The notes below the pieces were generated by a model, which worked only from the letters and a program-made list of their open reading frames with translations, ran no database searches and was not told where the DNA came from. Both the position numbers and the translations under genes were made by a program. A DNA stretch of 7,642 nucleotides, from assembly GCA_003144275.1 (NCBI GenBank), contig NJBF01000009.1, positions 1 through 7,642 of the forward strand, given 5' to 3'. Positions within the stretch are counted from its first letter, which is position 1. Every line of letters starts with the position of its first letter. Shown piece after piece: positions 5,864-7,642 of the stretch. This DNA is from Candidatus Heimdallarchaeota archaeon B3_Heim. Lineage in GTDB: Archaea > Asgardarchaeota > Heimdallarchaeia > Hodarchaeales > Hodarchaeaceae.

Positions 5864-6002
5864 AACGTAACTAAGAGGACCTAAAATTTTAAGTGTGTCG
5901 GATCAAAAATGAAAATGAAGAAAAATTATCTATCGAAAATAAATTTCAGAAGTAACTAATTACACTCGATGAAGTAGAAATTCCTGTGAAAAACATTAAT
6001 TA

Positions 6003-6025
6003 AATATGCATCTTCTCTGCATATT
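6003..6025. promoter_or_regulatory. Inverted repeat AATATGCA-N7-TGCATATT, candidate operator in the divergent hydrolase/wHTH promoter region
   Basis: Perfect 8-bp arms ending 5 bp before the TATA-like box at 6031. Confidence 0.5.
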
Positions 6026-6030
6026 AATCA

Positions 6031-6039
6031 TAAATATAA
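6031..6039 (+). promoter_or_regulatory. Archaeal TATA-like box (TAAATATAA)
   Basis: Starts 32 bp upstream of ATG 6063, with the same motif and spacing as at 2598. Confidence 0.6.
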
Positions 6040-6062
6040 TCAACTTAGGGTATGATTTCCTT

Positions 6063-6740
6063 ATGGCATTTAGTGCGGATGAGACCGAGAGCCTTAGCTT
6101 GTTGTTACATCCCGTACGCCGGAAAATTTACTCCATCTTAGCTGAAAACCCAGGATCATATTTTTTTGATTTAGCAAAATTCCTTGAACTGCCTCAAGGG
6201 ACTCTTAATTGGCATTTAAAGCGTCTTGAGGAAGATTCTTTGATTAAATCTATCAAATATGCAGGTAAACGAGTTTATTATCCTGCAGGCCTTCGATCAG
6301 CTGAAGCCGAACGAATTTATACAATTCTTCGTCCTCCTACTGCCAGTAAGATTTTTACTTATGTTCTAAATCATCCTGGATCATTTCAGAGTCAAATAGC
6401 CCAAGGGATCAAACCTTCAGTACATCATGATACCGTTCGTTATCACCTGACCCGCCTAGAAGATGTTGGTTTAATTGAAACAAAACGAAGTGGACGAACA
6501 GTCCAAATTTTTCCCGGAGAGGTTGCAGAAAATTTACAAAATGGATCCTTAACCGCTATCTCTGATTCTTATGTACATTTTTTATTAGAAAAGTTACGAG
6601 AAGGATGTCTCCATCCTGAAGTTGTGTTAAAAAGCAAAAAACAACTAGTCCTGCGTGTGGAATGTCCAAATGGAGAAGATATGATATTAAATTTTAAGAT
6701 GAGTGATTGGCAGTTATTTACTCCCAGTGAAGAGGAATAA
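6063..6740 (+). CDS. Tandem winged-helix (ArsR-like, COG3398-like) transcriptional regulator with a C-terminal extension (225 aa from the likely start MAFSAD...)
   Basis: Two repeats: HPVRRKIYSILAENPG...GTLNWHLKRLEEDSLI and PPTASKIFTYVLNHPG...DTVRYHLTRLEDVGLI. The start is moved from 6006 to 6063 because the first 19 codons overlap the inverted repeat and TATA box. Confidence 0.85.
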   Translation: MAFSADETESLSLLLHPVRRKIYSILAENPGSYFFDLAKFLELPQGTLNWHLKRLEEDSLIKSIKYAGKRVYYPAGLRSAEAERIYTILRPPTASKIFTYVLNHPGSFQSQIAQGIKPSVHHDTVRYHLTRLEDVGLIETKRSGRTVQIFPGEVAENLQNGSLTAISDSYVHFLLEKLREGCLHPEVVLKSKKQLVLRVECPNGEDMILNFKMSDWQLFTPSEEE

Positions 6741-6867
6741 CTTCTTTAATTAGTTTTTAACGAGCTTTCTCATCTATATTAACAAATGGTTGTTGATTAT
6801 TCTGGTAATCCAATCTCCATATTGAATATTTTTCTCTTTCAATAATTTCACTAAGGATTTGCAACGA

Positions 6868-7608
6868 ATGGCCTCTCGATTTGATTCGAAAACTTATGTG
6901 CTGAACCAATTCAATGCCCTTGCGAGTAAATATTTCCCTCAGGAATATATGCGCGTGAATAGTGGGAAAAAAGGTTATCGTTTAAGTGATGGTACACAAA
7001 ATTTAATTGAAAAAGCGAAAACTATTGTCAATCGAGCTGAAGAAAGCCGTGAGACTATTCCACACTCAACCACCAATATCTACAAGTATGGGGTAGTCTT
7101 CCAAAAAATCTTTGAGGATTTAAGTCAGTTTCAAGCCCTTACTTCAGTAAAATCTCGTTCTCGAAGAGGTTATCGTAAAGAACTAGAGTTTATGGGATTT
7201 GATCTGAAAAAAATTGAATTAGAATTGAAGAAAAGCTCTAATCCTCCTGTAAAGAGTCAAAAGGATGAAAAATATGTACGAGATATTAAAAAACAATATA
7301 TTCAGATGGTTGTCGATGGAGAGTTCCAAAATCTCAAATCTGATATCGAGGAAAAAAAATCCTTGTTTATTCTGGAGAACTCTGTAGGGTATAAGTTTTT
7401 TGATATTCAAACTCGTCTCGTTACCTCCATTACTCAAAAGTTTGACCAATTAAGAAGGTTAAAGGATGAAAAAGAGAAAATAATCAATTCTCAAGAGACT
7501 TTTAGGACTAAGATAAAAGAAATTTCTCCCCAGATCCCCAAATATAAGGAAATCATACATATTCAGAAGAAAGCACTCGGAATTTACGAGAGGACAGACA
7601 AAAAATAG
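6868..7608 (+). CDS. Hypothetical basic, helical/coiled-coil-rich protein (about 246-249 aa; start TTG 6859 or ATG 6868)
   Basis: Long open frame with plausible protein composition (K/E-rich C-terminal half) and AAGGA upstream. No recognisable motif. Confidence 0.7.
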   Translation: MASRFDSKTYVLNQFNALASKYFPQEYMRVNSGKKGYRLSDGTQNLIEKAKTIVNRAEESRETIPHSTTNIYKYGVVFQKIFEDLSQFQALTSVKSRSRRGYRKELEFMGFDLKKIELELKKSSNPPVKSQKDEKYVRDIKKQYIQMVVDGEFQNLKSDIEEKKSLFILENSVGYKFFDIQTRLVTSITQKFDQLRRLKDEKEKIINSQETFRTKIKEISPQIPKYKEIIHIQKKALGIYERTDKK

Positions 7609-7642
7609 GAGATTCTAACAGATTCAGAACTTTCTATTTTTC

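Noticed and set aside
6006-6062. N-terminal 19 aa of the ORF-track wHTH protein
   Set aside because: Overlaps the palindrome and TATA-like box. ATG 6063 fits the promoter spacing better.
6820-6844. Inverted repeat TATTGAA-N11-TTCAATA
   Set aside because: Almost entirely A/T in an AT-rich spacer, so likely chance.
7219-7449. 76-aa minus-strand ORF
   Set aside because: Antisense shadow of the 6859-7608 ORF.
1-7642. CRISPR array, tRNA, rRNA or intact IS element
   Set aside because: No regularly spaced repeats, cloverleaf motifs, rRNA-like sequence or transposase ORF seen.

Overview
AT-rich archaeal-type DNA, most likely from an Asgard archaeon. This is inferred from gene content: an Arf-like small GTPase, a DENN/GAP1-like protein, an AbrB-ACT protein, a COG3398-like tandem wHTH regulator, TATA-like promoters and GGTGA/GGAGG ribosome-binding sites. 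Minus strand, left: a probable two-gene operon. It encodes an atypical Arf-like small GTPase (1229-1855) followed by a DENN/GAP1-like protein whose C-terminus carries an Spt5/NusG-like KOW domain (216-1202). Its 5' leader holds a 12-bp hairpin, an overlapping anti-Shine-Dalgarno helix and two chained uORFs. A ~775-bp gap with possible decayed coding remnants follows. Plus strand: an AbrB-like/ACT-like protein, two overlapping divergent MscS-family paralogs, a tandem-wHTH regulator and a basic hypothetical protein. An AHSMG-type alpha/beta hydrolase on the minus strand is divergent from the regulator. No rRNA, tRNA, CRISPR array or intact mobile element was seen. All domain calls are by-eye motif recognition, not database searches.
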